A stretch of 43,752 nt of DNA, from IMG/VR virus record IMGVR_UViG_3300009610_000047, positions 1 to 43,752 of that record; one strand, written 5' to 3'. The notes beneath the pieces are model-generated. The model saw only the letters and a list, made by a program, of their open reading frames with translations. It was not told the DNA's origin and made no database searches. Shown piece after piece: positions 33,205 to 41,534 of this stretch. The position numbers and the translations under genes are program-made. The stretch's first letter is position 1. Every line of letters starts with the position of its first letter. Source of the DNA: a virus (taxonomy: Duplodnaviria > Caudoviricetes).

Positions 33205-34943
33205 TCGTCAGACTCCCCTATAGGAATGTTTTGGAGGTTGGTTCCTCTTCCGAAGGCGTTTTCGGAAGAGGACCAGCGGAACGTCTTTGTGCCAGCGACG
33301 TTGAAGGAACAACGCATCCGATCACCCTGTTCGAGTCCGGCCTGAATGAAAGTGTTATGGTAGACCGAAATCGAGCGGCACTCGGCGAGAGTGTCAAAGA
33401 CCCGAGTGTACTCGGGGTTCTTCCGCTTCAGCTCTTGGAGGGCCTCGAAGTCAATGGTGGGCTTCCCCGTTTTTCGATTCGTCTGTCCCATGAGGCCGAG
33501 GACTTCATAGAAGAGGAGCTTCTGTTGCGCAACGCTGTGCCACCATTGCTTTTTTGAGTTCTTCACGAGGTGAGCTACGAAGGATTGAGGAACAATGGAT
33601 TCGAGCCAAGAGTGACGTTGTTGAAGAGCATCAGCTAGTTCAAAAGCGAGCCTCGCCCTTTCCTGACGGTCGATCAAAATGCCTCGCTTCATCATGCGAA
33701 GGGCGAGGCCCATTTTCTTCTTCTCCCAGAGCCACTGGTCGTTTTGCTTCGCAACAGAGATCAGGTTGCGGAGGACAGTGGCACACTCATAGGTTCGCAA
33801 AGCGTCGGTTCCCGAATACTGGAGGTTCCTCTGAAAGTCGGTATGCGTATCCCATTCTTTGAGGTCCTCCTTCCAATAGACGTGATACTTACAGTAGAGG
33901 GAGGAGAGGTAGTCCAGCCCCTTGGGTGTTCCGGGGAAGAGCAAATGATGCGCAAGCATGGTGTCGAAATCCAACTTCGGCTCGACTCCATGAAGGAGAA
34001 GGTATTGAGTGTCATAGAGGTAGTTCTGGCCAATGATTCGGACATTCGGATGAGTGAGGATTTTGTAGAGTGAAGAGAGGATCATAAGCTCTTGTTGAAG
34101 GGTCCAGTAGAAATCGAGCCCCGAAGGGGCGGGTTTTACGAGGGGAATAACAAGGGCCGTCGCGAGGCTGTCGTAGGGGCCGGTTGCGATGGAGTGGCAG
34201 ACGATCTCTCCCGCGCGGGTCTCGGTGTCATGCGCTAGGAGGAGGGGGATTGGTGTCTTTTCGAGATGGGCGAGAAGGGATGTTAGGTGCTCCATAAGGG
34301 CGACAAAGGTGAGGTCGCAGAGGATGATCGGACCTGGAGAGGGGGACCAATCTTCCTTCAAGGCGAGGGGGACTCGGATTCGAAGATCATGAAGGGTTAC
34401 TTCGCGAAGACTCCACTGACGTAAAATGGCCGCGGGATGAATGAGAGGGAGGAGTCGTATGTTATCTTTGAGGGCAGGAGAGAAAAGCATGGAGCCCCTC
34501 CAATTCATTATTCCTGAAGGGACGAGAAAGACCTCACCATTGTCTGAAACGGAGGAAGTTGAACAAAGGTCGGTCAAGGCCCAGAGGGCATAATTACCTC
34601 CCGCGATGATGAGCTTGCGCGGAAAGGCTTCGATTTGTTCTGTGAGGCGGTGGAGGGAGTCTCCCACAAAAGGGGTGGGGTGGAGTCCGCGAAGGACGAG
34701 ATTTCCTTTTGCTTTGGGGAGGAAAAAACGAAAGGCGTCGTTGTTGGGGGGTTGGCGGTTGAAGACGTTGGTGAAGAGAATCTGAGTGGGATCAAGGCCC
34801 GCTTCGGCGATGAGGCGATCGAGTTCCTTTCCCGAACCTCCGACGAAAGGGAGTCCTTGCGCTGCCTCTTCAGAGCCCCAACTTTCCCCAACAAAAACAA
34901 TGGGGGAAGCAGCCCCTCCCCGAGTGTGGGAGAAAAGAGTCAT
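33201..34943 (-). CDS. polA: DNA polymerase family A, N-terminal subunit: UDG-like domain, 3'-5' exonuclease and thumb
   Basis: UDG family 4-like VGESWG..E...PFVGGSG, TNV and HPAA; exonuclease motifs DTET, GQNYLYD and YSGTD; GTKTFRWSS and final TNLQNIP. ATG 34943 overlaps the upstream stop. Confidence 0.9.
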   Translation of the reverse strand: MTLFSHTRGGAASPIVFVGESWGSEEAAQGLPFVGGSGKELDRLIAEAGLDPTQILFTNVFNRQPPNNDAFRFFLPKAKGNLVLRGLHPTPFVGDSLHRLTEQIEAFPRKLIIAGGNYALWALTDLCSTSSVSDNGEVFLVPSGIMNWRGSMLFSPALKDNIRLLPLIHPAAILRQWSLREVTLHDLRIRVPLALKEDWSPSPGPIILCDLTFVALMEHLTSLLAHLEKTPIPLLLAHDTETRAGEIVCHSIATGPYDSLATALVIPLVKPAPSGLDFYWTLQQELMILSSLYKILTHPNVRIIGQNYLYDTQYLLLHGVEPKLDFDTMLAHHLLFPGTPKGLDYLSSLYCKYHVYWKEDLKEWDTHTDFQRNLQYSGTDALRTYECATVLRNLISVAKQNDQWLWEKKKMGLALRMMKRGILIDRQERARLAFELADALQQRHSWLESIVPQSFVAHLVKNSKKQWWHSVAQQKLLFYEVLGLMGQTNRKTGKPTIDFEALQELKRKNPEYTRVFDTLAECRSISVYHNTFIQAGLEQGDRMRCSFNVAGTKTFRWSSSENAFGRGTNLQNIPIGESDE

Positions 34944-35143
34944 GTTGGGTTTCCTTTGAAGCCGGAAGAGAAGATCAATTGGATCTCTCGCTCCGGCCAC
35001 TGCTCATGGTCACGGACGACTTGTTCGGCATTCGAACGCGGAAGGGTGAAGGTCATCGTCACGCCCTCGGGGCCTTTGTTCAGTTCGCTTTGGACGATTC
35101 GGATGAATTCACGAACCTCGTCTCGATTGATACAGAGTCGCAT
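34940..35143 (-). CDS. Hypothetical protein
   Basis: MRLCINRDEVREF...; GGAGG RBS; coupled at both ends. Confidence 0.65.
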   Translation of the reverse strand: MRLCINRDEVREFIRIVQSELNKGPEGVTMTFTLPRSNAEQVVRDHEQWPEREIQLIFSSGFKGNPT

Positions 35144-35232
35144 CACCATTGGCCTCCGGAGAACATGAGGAAGGGGAGGAAGATGAAAAAGAACGCTAGG
35201 ATAGCGAACATGGTAATGAGATCTCCTTCCAT
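35143..35232 (-). CDS. 29-aa membrane peptide
   Basis: MEGDLITMFAILAFFFIFLPFLMFSGGQW; TAATG and TGATG overlaps. Confidence 0.55.
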   Translation of the reverse strand: MEGDLITMFAILAFFFIFLPFLMFSGGQW

Positions 35233-36629
35233 TAGAGGGACTCCAAGGTTGCATCCTCGGGAAGGTCTCGGATGAAGCTTTGGTCGGAAAGCTCCGTCAA
35301 GTCCTTGTTTGCGTTGACAAGGGCAAGGTTGAAGGCGTCCGGGTCGATCTCGATCCCCAAGCTCTTTCGGTCGGCGCTTCGCGCCGCGACGAGGGCGGAG
35401 CCGCTTCCGCAACAGGGATCGAGGACGAGATCGCCGGGCATGGTCGCCGCTTCGATGAGAGCGCGGAGGAGGGCGATGGGCTTTTCGGGACCGTATTGGC
35501 GTTCGTGGCGGGGGACCCGGTTGAAGCGGAGGACGTCGACCGGGGCGTGGTAGAGGCCCCGTTCGCCTTTCCGGGCGAAGAGGATCCATTCCGTCGTGCG
35601 GCGGAAGCCTTTTCGTCCCCAGGGAGCGAGGCCTTCGCTGTCGCTCTTCACCCAGGTCAAAGGGGTTCGGAAAACGTCCCAGCCGGCGCGCTTCGCTGTT
35701 TCTTTGGCCCACACGAAGAGGTCGATGTCGGTGAAGAGAAAGAGATTTGCGCGATTCTGCGCGACCCGGAATCCCTCGGTGAAAATGGCTTGAATGAGTC
35801 TCCGGGCAGACTCGGGGGAGTCTTCGTAGTTGTGGTGGTGCACCGTGCGGGAACGAAAGCCAGCAGAACCAGCACCGATAGCATAGGGAGGGTCAGCAAG
35901 AATGAGATCGACAAAGCCACTTTCCAGTTGGGGCAGCACGGTGAGTGCGTCGCCTTGGCGCACCTCAGAAAAGGTGATAATGGTCGCTTGGGGGGTTCGT
36001 TTGAGTAGTTCCGCGGCATAGGCTCTCTCCTCTTTTTCGTAGACGAGGTGAAGCGCCTCAGTGGCGTTTCGGGCCTTTGCGATCTTCGGATCGGAAAGGT
36101 GAGGCGCGATTATGTTTGCTTCAGTTATGGCTTTATGCAGAGAAAGGAAGGTCTTTTGGGGACGAAGGGGACTTCCAGTTGTCGTTCCGCTTTCGACCAG
36201 TTCGCGAGCCGTTTCGGAAACGTTTTGCTTCGGGTTCTCTTGAAGCCGAAGGGAATGGATCTCAGCTAGAGCAGAGACTCGGTCGGGCCACGGAAGCTCT
36301 GCCCTCTCCGTATTTTCGTGTAGTTCGGCTTCCTTGACTTCGCTCTGGGTCATTGTCGACGTCAGTTCGAGTACGGGAACTTCCCCCGAAGTGATTGTTG
36401 CAAGGTTGCAGTAGAACCAAAGGCCGTCGGCTGCGATTTGGTCTATCGCTGCGAGTCTGCACTGTCCGGCGACGAGGATGAAGATCTCCCCTTTTTGGAC
36501 GACGACCGGAGGATGAAGAAGACCAATGGAGAGGATCGAAGTGCGAAGCGCAACGACGTGGGAAAGGGGAAGACTTCGCCTCTGGCGTTGGGGCGGGATT
36601 TGAATCGAGGCGCGGGGGATTATCTTCAC
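35232..36629 (-). CDS. ParB-like N-domain fused to a DNA N6-adenine/N4-cytosine methyltransferase (beta class)
   Basis: GLLHPPVV...LVAGQCRLAA, ENTERAEL and an HTH; then DLILADPPY, PEKP and DPCCGSGS. Confidence 0.92.
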   Translation of the reverse strand: MKIIPRASIQIPPQRQRRSLPLSHVVALRTSILSIGLLHPPVVVQKGEIFILVAGQCRLAAIDQIAADGLWFYCNLATITSGEVPVLELTSTMTQSEVKEAELHENTERAELPWPDRVSALAEIHSLRLQENPKQNVSETARELVESGTTTGSPLRPQKTFLSLHKAITEANIIAPHLSDPKIAKARNATEALHLVYEKEERAYAAELLKRTPQATIITFSEVRQGDALTVLPQLESGFVDLILADPPYAIGAGSAGFRSRTVHHHNYEDSPESARRLIQAIFTEGFRVAQNRANLFLFTDIDLFVWAKETAKRAGWDVFRTPLTWVKSDSEGLAPWGRKGFRRTTEWILFARKGERGLYHAPVDVLRFNRVPRHERQYGPEKPIALLRALIEAATMPGDLVLDPCCGSGSALVAARSADRKSLGIEIDPDAFNLALVNANKDLTELSDQSFIRDLPEDATLESL

Positions 36630-36826
36630 TTGTGCTTCTCCTTCTCTAGCTCGTCATAGAGCTTGATCGTTGCGTTGTAGAGGATGATGAAGCACTCTCC
36701 AGACCATTGAATGGGGTCCGACATGCGGAGCTCGGTTGGAATGCCGAGCTTGGGGTGAAGAGGGCGCTCGAGGAACGGTTTTCGCTGAGGCGAAGCCCCT
36801 TTTGGGGTTCGAGAGAAGAATTTCAT
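36626..36826 (-). CDS. Hypothetical protein
   Basis: GGAG RBS and ATG 36826; GTGA overlap with the methyltransferase. Confidence 0.6.
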   Translation of the reverse strand: MKFFSRTPKGASPQRKPFLERPLHPKLGIPTELRMSDPIQWSGECFIILYNATIKLYDELEKEKHK

Positions 36827-36838
36827 AGGGATTCTCCG

Positions 36839-36868
36839 AAAAGAGGAAGGGGACCGAAATCCCCTTCC
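36839..36868 (-). terminator. Rho-independent terminator after the SSB-like gene
   Basis: GGAAGGGGA-TTTCGG-TCCCCTTCC-TCTTTT on the minus strand; a second hairpin (TCCCTCACC/GGTGAGGGA) lies just upstream. Confidence 0.75.
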
Positions 36869-36912
36869 CAAGTTTCCCTCACCAGATCAACGGGAGGTGA
36901 GGGAGGGTTCGC

Positions 36913-37380
36913 TTAGGAAGAAATGGGAGCAACCTTTCGGATTTCGGCATACTTGACGTTCGGATCGACCTTGTCCGAGCGCTGGCCGACCTTGACCATG
37001 AAGGGTCCCTTTCCCCGGAGCTTTTGCACATTTTCGAAGAGGTTGCCCGCTCCGTTGAGGCCGGCGGCTGCCAAAAGGCGGCCGAGGCCGACGTTCTTTC
37101 CTTCGCTCAGGTCGAGCTGGCCACCTTCGGTAACGTCGAGCCAGTTGGTCTGAGGAATGAGAACCTTGTCCCGGCCGAGTTCCTTTCGGACCCCGTCGTC
37201 GATGATGGAGAAGAGCACAATGGCCTGAGGATTGATGCCCTTTGTGGAGTCACCGTCGCGGAAGGTGAGCCACTTATCTCCATCGTCAATCATGGCTTTG
37301 TAGTCGCCTTCGCGACAGACCTTGACGACGGTGGAGAGGGGGGTCGAGGTAGAGACGTTGAGTAGCGAATGCATGTCCAT
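36913..37380 (-). CDS. Single-stranded DNA-binding-like protein (OB fold, DUF669-like)
   Basis: EGDYKAMI, GKNVGLGRL and VKVGQR...YAEIRKV; downstream of the Sak4-like ATPase; start 37380 or 37389. Confidence 0.65.
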   Translation of the reverse strand: MDMHSLLNVSTSTPLSTVVKVCREGDYKAMIDDGDKWLTFRDGDSTKGINPQAIVLFSIIDDGVRKELGRDKVLIPQTNWLDVTEGGQLDLSEGKNVGLGRLLAAAGLNGAGNLFENVQKLRGKGPFMVKVGQRSDKVDPNVKYAEIRKVAPISS

Positions 37381-37471
37381 GTGGATCATGCTCCATGTTG
37401 GCTGGGGGTTTCAGGCTTGGGGACATCGCCAACAGAATGTCCCTTCCTGTCTTTGCCCATTCGGGCAAATT

Positions 37472-38164
37472 TCACTCCTCGAGGAGGAAAAAGGAATCGT
37501 AGTCGTTCCCTTTGTTCCAGGTGTAATTGAGATCTCGCATCCAAAGGATGAGGGAGTCTGGACAGGTTTCGACGACGATGATTTTGGGCCGAATGGAGGT
37601 GAGTACGTTGAATGCTCCGCGGAGGACCTTTTCTTCATCCCCTTCGAGGTCGAGGACCATCGCGGCAAGGCCGCGGAGGTTAGCGCGACCAAGGGAGTCG
37701 ATAGAGATGGCTGGAACGGAAGAACCTTCCACCGTTTGGATGCAACCGATGTTCGTCTGGCCCCCAACGGGGAGGAGGTCGACCAACCCGGCCGTCTTGG
37801 AGAGGGCGAAGTTTGAAGGGATGATTCGGGGCGAGGCACAGTTTGCGACGAGACAGTGGAAGTTCGAAGGGTCCGGTTCGAAGGTCAGGACCTTGTCGAA
37901 GTGAAGGGACAAGAGCCAGGGATAAAGGCCGCAGCAGCCCCCGGCTTGAAGGACGAGCTTCCTTTCGTCAATGTTGGTGTGCATTCGGAGCCAGGTTTCG
38001 ATGGGGGGCCAATACTCGAGAGGATGGGACCAGCCCCAGTGGTCCTCTTTGGGCCAAATCCAGTCGCGGTTGAAGGCTTCGCGAAGATTGAGCGGTTTAA
38101 AGGGATTTGGTATTCGAGCGATGTGCGCGAGCTGGACGTGGGGTTCTGTAGAAGCGCGTTTCAT
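37472..38164 (-). CDS. FkbM-family SAM methyltransferase
   Basis: VLQAGGCCGLY, TFEPDPSNF, ISIDSL, LDLEGDEEKVLRGA and PKIIVVE. Confidence 0.88.
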   Translation of the reverse strand: MKRASTEPHVQLAHIARIPNPFKPLNLREAFNRDWIWPKEDHWGWSHPLEYWPPIETWLRMHTNIDERKLVLQAGGCCGLYPWLLSLHFDKVLTFEPDPSNFHCLVANCASPRIIPSNFALSKTAGLVDLLPVGGQTNIGCIQTVEGSSVPAISIDSLGRANLRGLAAMVLDLEGDEEKVLRGAFNVLTSIRPKIIVVETCPDSLILWMRDLNYTWNKGNDYDSFFLLEE

Positions 38165-39012
38165 GCCGCGGCTCCGGAAAGGGCTTTGATTCGAGAGTTG
38201 TATGCGGTAATGATGGGGGTGAAGTCTGGAGGGAAGTCCTTTCCGACGGGAAGGGCTCTATTCTTGAGATCAGCTTCATTCGACAAAGTGGACCAAGTGA
38301 AGCCGCTTTCCTTTCGTTGGGAGTAGACAAAATCGCCGAAAAAGCGGGGGATCTTTGGGCCGAGCTTCGAGCCGAGGGCGGCGCAGACCACCTTGGAGGA
38401 GAGGGAGACTTCCTCTGTAACTCGGTCCAGATGACAGTTGCAGATGAAGTAGGAGGTCAAGTCCGAACAGAGCTTGTTGATGATCTGGTTCTCCAGGCTC
38501 ATCGCTGTTCCCCATTCGCCTTGATGGGGAGAGGGCTTAAAGCCGACAGTATTCTGCAAACAGATGTCATTCAGGCCGGACATGGAGTCGAGCGCAATGG
38601 CCCAGGAGGGGCCGAGGACCTCAATCGGGCCGAGGTCCTTTCCGGTTCGTTGGTCGACCATGTGCTCGCAGAGGTCGAAGAGGACGCCGAGAGCTTTTTG
38701 CTCTTCGCGAGCGACGCCCATCTTCAAATCGCTCAAGTCCTTGTAGGAAAGAGTATTCGCTAATTGGCCCGCGTAGCGGATGGCCTTCCAGCCTGGGGTA
38801 GAGGGCGGGACGTAGTGCCAATGGAGGAGGTTTAGGTCTAAACCGGCCTTGGTCACGGCGTCGACGAGAGAGTCAACGCCACCAGGTTCGGTGACGATGG
38901 AGAAGAGCTTTACGCCGCTCTTCAGGATGGTCGAAAGGGCGGTCGTTTTTCCGCTTCCCGGGGCTCCCATGACGAGGACGGAAGGCGGTCGTAGTGTTTC
39001 GGTGAGGGCCAT
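38161..39012 (-). CDS. Sak4-like / AAA_24 P-loop ATPase
   Basis: Walker A GAPGSGKT, Walker B IALDSMS, CHLD, IPRFFGD and LKNR. Confidence 0.85.
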   Translation of the reverse strand: MALTETLRPPSVLVMGAPGSGKTTALSTILKSGVKLFSIVTEPGGVDSLVDAVTKAGLDLNLLHWHYVPPSTPGWKAIRYAGQLANTLSYKDLSDLKMGVAREEQKALGVLFDLCEHMVDQRTGKDLGPIEVLGPSWAIALDSMSGLNDICLQNTVGFKPSPHQGEWGTAMSLENQIINKLCSDLTSYFICNCHLDRVTEEVSLSSKVVCAALGSKLGPKIPRFFGDFVYSQRKESGFTWSTLSNEADLKNRALPVGKDFPPDFTPIITAYNSRIKALSGAAA

Positions 39013-39101
39013 TTTTTTCTCCCAATTTGGTAGATTGCGAAAGAGTTGCAAGCGCAGGCGATGGAGAGGAAGATAAGAGAGATAAAAACCGAGGTGGTCA
39101 T
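38922..39101 (-). CDS. Possible small membrane protein (59 aa)
   Basis: ATGA overlap with the GcrA-like stop; hydrophobic N-terminus SVFISLIFLSIACAC; overlaps the start of the ATPase gene. Confidence 0.35.
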   Translation of the reverse strand: MTTSVFISLIFLSIACACNSFAIYQIGRKKWPSPKHYDRLPSSSWEPREAEKRPPFRPS

Positions 39102-39328
39102 GGTTGTTTCCTCTTCTTCATAGAGAGAGGAACAATGCCTCCTTTGAGTCGAAGGCCGAGCCGCTTTGCCTTTCCGGAGATCGTGCTGCGGGTGAGACCG
39201 AGGATCTTCGCGATCTGGGAACCGGAGAGACCTTGGTCGACAAGAGCTTGGAGGAGGAGAGTCCTCCGGGGGCTCCAGGCGTTGCGGTACTTTAGGGAGG
39301 AGGTAGTGCTTCCAAGGGGGCGGATCAT
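39098..39328 (-). CDS. gcrA: GcrA-like HTH regulator (N-terminal domain only)
   Basis: WSPRRTLLLQALVDQGLSGSQIAKILGLTRSTISGKAKRLGL matches the GcrA N-terminal pattern (W...L..L...GLS.SQIA..LG..RN.VIGK..RLGL). Confidence 0.8.
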   Translation of the reverse strand: MIRPLGSTTSSLKYRNAWSPRRTLLLQALVDQGLSGSQIAKILGLTRSTISGKAKRLGLRLKGGIVPLSMKKRKQP

Positions 39329-40386
39329 GGCGTTTTCTCCAGAGAGGGTTCTCCGACTTTGACTAGAGAGAGGAGGGATGCGGAAGTGCGAAGTGCCCCC
39401 GCGAGGGACAAGCCGTGTGGTGGAACAACCGGATCGACGGTCAGAGGATTTTTCTTCGTGGGGTCCCAACGGGACACTTCGTAGTCCGAGTTAAACATGT
39501 TCGGGTCGCTGGAGGTGCAGCGGTCCCTGAAGGCGCAACCCCCGTATTGCGTGCAGGCTTCGGCGAAGTCAAAGCCAAAGCCCTTTCCGGGATCGGAGAG
39601 GGCTTCGCCTTTCTTCCAGCACTCAACCAACCGCTGAAGGTTTAGGCGGAGCTGGTCCTCCCAGCGTTTGATGAGGAAATCGGGATAGAGCTTCTCCGCC
39701 TCGACGTGGCGAATTTCAGTCTGAGTGAAGATGGTTCCTCGGACGAGGACCTTGTTGCACTTCAGTCCGCTTCGGGTCAAGGCCCAACAGTAGCCGAGGA
39801 ACTGGCCTCGGAGGTTCCACTTGTCGGCCCAATCCGACTCTAGTTTGCCCGCCGTTTTGTCGTCCTTGACGGTGATTTGACTCCCGTGGCGGCCCAACAT
39901 GTCGGCGCGGCCGACGTAGAGGAAGGGTTCACCAGAAGTGGGGTGGAGGGGAAAGCCCTCATTCTCTGGAAGAGGGATGGCAAAGCTGAACTCGACGGAA
40001 GGGGTATTCCCTTCTTCGAAAATGAAGGGTTGGAGGGGATCCTCCTTTGGGGGATATTTGTGGAGATAGGAAATAATGCCCGCCCAGATGTTGTCCTGCG
40101 TCTTGGCCGTTTTCTTTATTATCTGAAAGTCGCCCCACTCATGGAGGAAAGTCCCATAGGCTTGAGCGATGGCGTGGTCGTAGTCGAGGCCCTTCTCCCA
40201 GAAGGCACGGTAGAAGGACTCAAGGGCTGAGGCAAAGCAGCCTCCCGCGTGAAGGTCGATTGACAAAGCTCCAGGGCGAAGCCCTAGGCAGAACTCGGCG
40301 AAGAACTTCTGTTCACAGGAAGAGAATGCTGAACGCATCGTGGAGTCGATGTAGGCTGGAAGGATAGGTGATCTGTCGATTCGCAT
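39325..40386 (-). CDS. PD-(D/E)xK (Cas4/RecB-like) exonuclease
   Basis: FSSCEQKF, VEFSF, YVGRADM, VKDDKT and QFLGY; C-terminal cysteines ACTQYGGCAFRDRC (possible Fe-S cluster). Confidence 0.88.
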   Translation of the reverse strand: MRIDRSPILPAYIDSTMRSAFSSCEQKFFAEFCLGLRPGALSIDLHAGGCFASALESFYRAFWEKGLDYDHAIAQAYGTFLHEWGDFQIIKKTAKTQDNIWAGIISYLHKYPPKEDPLQPFIFEEGNTPSVEFSFAIPLPENEGFPLHPTSGEPFLYVGRADMLGRHGSQITVKDDKTAGKLESDWADKWNLRGQFLGYCWALTRSGLKCNKVLVRGTIFTQTEIRHVEAEKLYPDFLIKRWEDQLRLNLQRLVECWKKGEALSDPGKGFGFDFAEACTQYGGCAFRDRCTSSDPNMFNSDYEVSRWDPTKKNPLTVDPVVPPHGLSLAGALRTSASLLSLVKVGEPSLEKTP

Positions 40387-40415
40387 GAGGGTTTTCCTTT
40401 TTTCCTTTTTTCCTT

Positions 40416-40487
40416 CTAGGTGAGATAAGCCCAGAGCAAAAGGATCGCAATGGGAGTTAGGAGGACGAAAAGATCGAAGCGGCTCAT
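40416..40487 (-). CDS. 23-aa membrane peptide
   Basis: MSRFDLFVLLTPIAILLLWAYLT; ATGA overlap with the upstream stop. Confidence 0.5.
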   Translation of the reverse strand: MSRFDLFVLLTPIAILLLWAYLT

Positions 40488-40690
40488 TCGACTTCCTTTT
40501 GGGGAACAACCCTCCATTCGGTTGATTGGGTGAGGGCTTTGATGGGAATGCCTCGCGCGAAAGGAACGGCGTGAGGCTCGGTGATGTGCATGTACCAGTA
40601 GAAGCCCTGGTAGAGTTGTTCGAGGACGTCGCCGTTCCAGCGAAGCTTGGCTGTCGGTTCCCAGTCGGTGGTTTCACTTGAGGAGTTCAT
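40484..40690 (-). CDS. Hypothetical protein
   Basis: LRW...LEQLY...EWRVVP; ATGA overlaps at both ends. Confidence 0.65.
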   Translation of the reverse strand: MNSSSETTDWEPTAKLRWNGDVLEQLYQGFYWYMHITEPHAVPFARGIPIKALTQSTEWRVVPQKEVE

Positions 40691-40938
40691 GGGGAAACTT
40701 CTCCTTCGATTAAGAGGCACTGGAGGTGGGAGATGAGGTCCGAGATCTGTTTGTGCCAGAGGGAGCTCTTTTCTTCAAGGGAGCACTTTTCTTTTTCGAA
40801 GGCGTTATTTAGCTCAATCGCGCGTTCTCGTAAGATGAGTTGCGCTTCGACAAAGCGCTCCGGGTTTCGTTTGATGGATATTCCGGCCTGGGTGAAGATT
40901 TCCCTCGCCGTCTCTTCAAACAAATCGTCGGCGCTCAT
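40687..40938 (-). CDS. Hypothetical protein
   Basis: Translationally coupled 83-aa helical ORF. Confidence 0.65.
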   Translation of the reverse strand: MSADDLFEETAREIFTQAGISIKRNPERFVEAQLILRERAIELNNAFEKEKCSLEEKSSLWHKQISDLISHLQCLLIEGEVSP

Positions 40939-41534
40939 GAGGAGGGGTCCTGAAGGGATTGGAGGAGGTCATCGACCAGCTTCACGGGCGGCCCGTTTAC
41001 TTTGAGGGCGATTCGCTGAAGGAGAGGGAAAGCCGCCCAAAGGTCATCCCCGATGTCGTCTTCGGAGGAGGTTCCAGGGCGAGTCAAGTGGACGTGGACG
41101 AGTTGTTCTTTAGGAAACTCCCGCGTGAAGGGACGAATGTCGCCCAGGAAGCGAGTGTCATCGAAGATGAAGTGTTGATACCAGTGTTCGCTGGAGAGGA
41201 CTTCGCGAAGGGCGAGTTCACCCATGGCGTCGGGGCCGTGCAGCTTTCGAAGGAAGAGGCCAAAGGCGATCAGCCAATCGCGGCGGGTGAGAAGGACTCC
41301 GTCGTGGCGAGGTATGAGGGTCGGTTCGAGCTTTTCTTTTTCGAGGGTGAGGTCGAAGGGACAGATAGAAGAAAGAAGGTCATCCATGTGAAAGGTGGCC
41401 AGGTAGGCGTTGCGAAGGGGTTCGGCGAAGCTACAGCGGAAGGAGAACTCGACCTTTTGATGAAAGGCTTTGGCGAGGGAGGTTTTACCTGAACCCTTGT
41501 CGCCGGAGAGGAAGATAACTCGGGGGAGGGTCAT
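40935..41534 (-). CDS. Deoxynucleoside monophosphate kinase-like protein
   Basis: P-loop SGDKGSGKT, SFAEPLR, TRRDWLIAFG...R and IFDDTRF. Confidence 0.85.
   Translation of the reverse strand: MTLPRVIFLSGDKGSGKTSLAKAFHQKVEFSFRCSFAEPLRNAYLATFHMDDLLSSICPFDLTLEKEKLEPTLIPRHDGVLLTRRDWLIAFGLFLRKLHGPDAMGELALREVLSSEHWYQHFIFDDTRFLGDIRPFTREFPKEQLVHVHLTRPGTSSEDDIGDDLWAAFPLLQRIALKVNGPPVKLVDDLLQSLQDPSS

Noticed and set aside
39325-40677. Long upstream extensions given by the ORF track (e.g. 40677, 35000, 32070, 1110, 81)
   Set aside because: They overlap neighbouring genes; internal starts have an RBS or stop-start coupling and fit domain boundaries.
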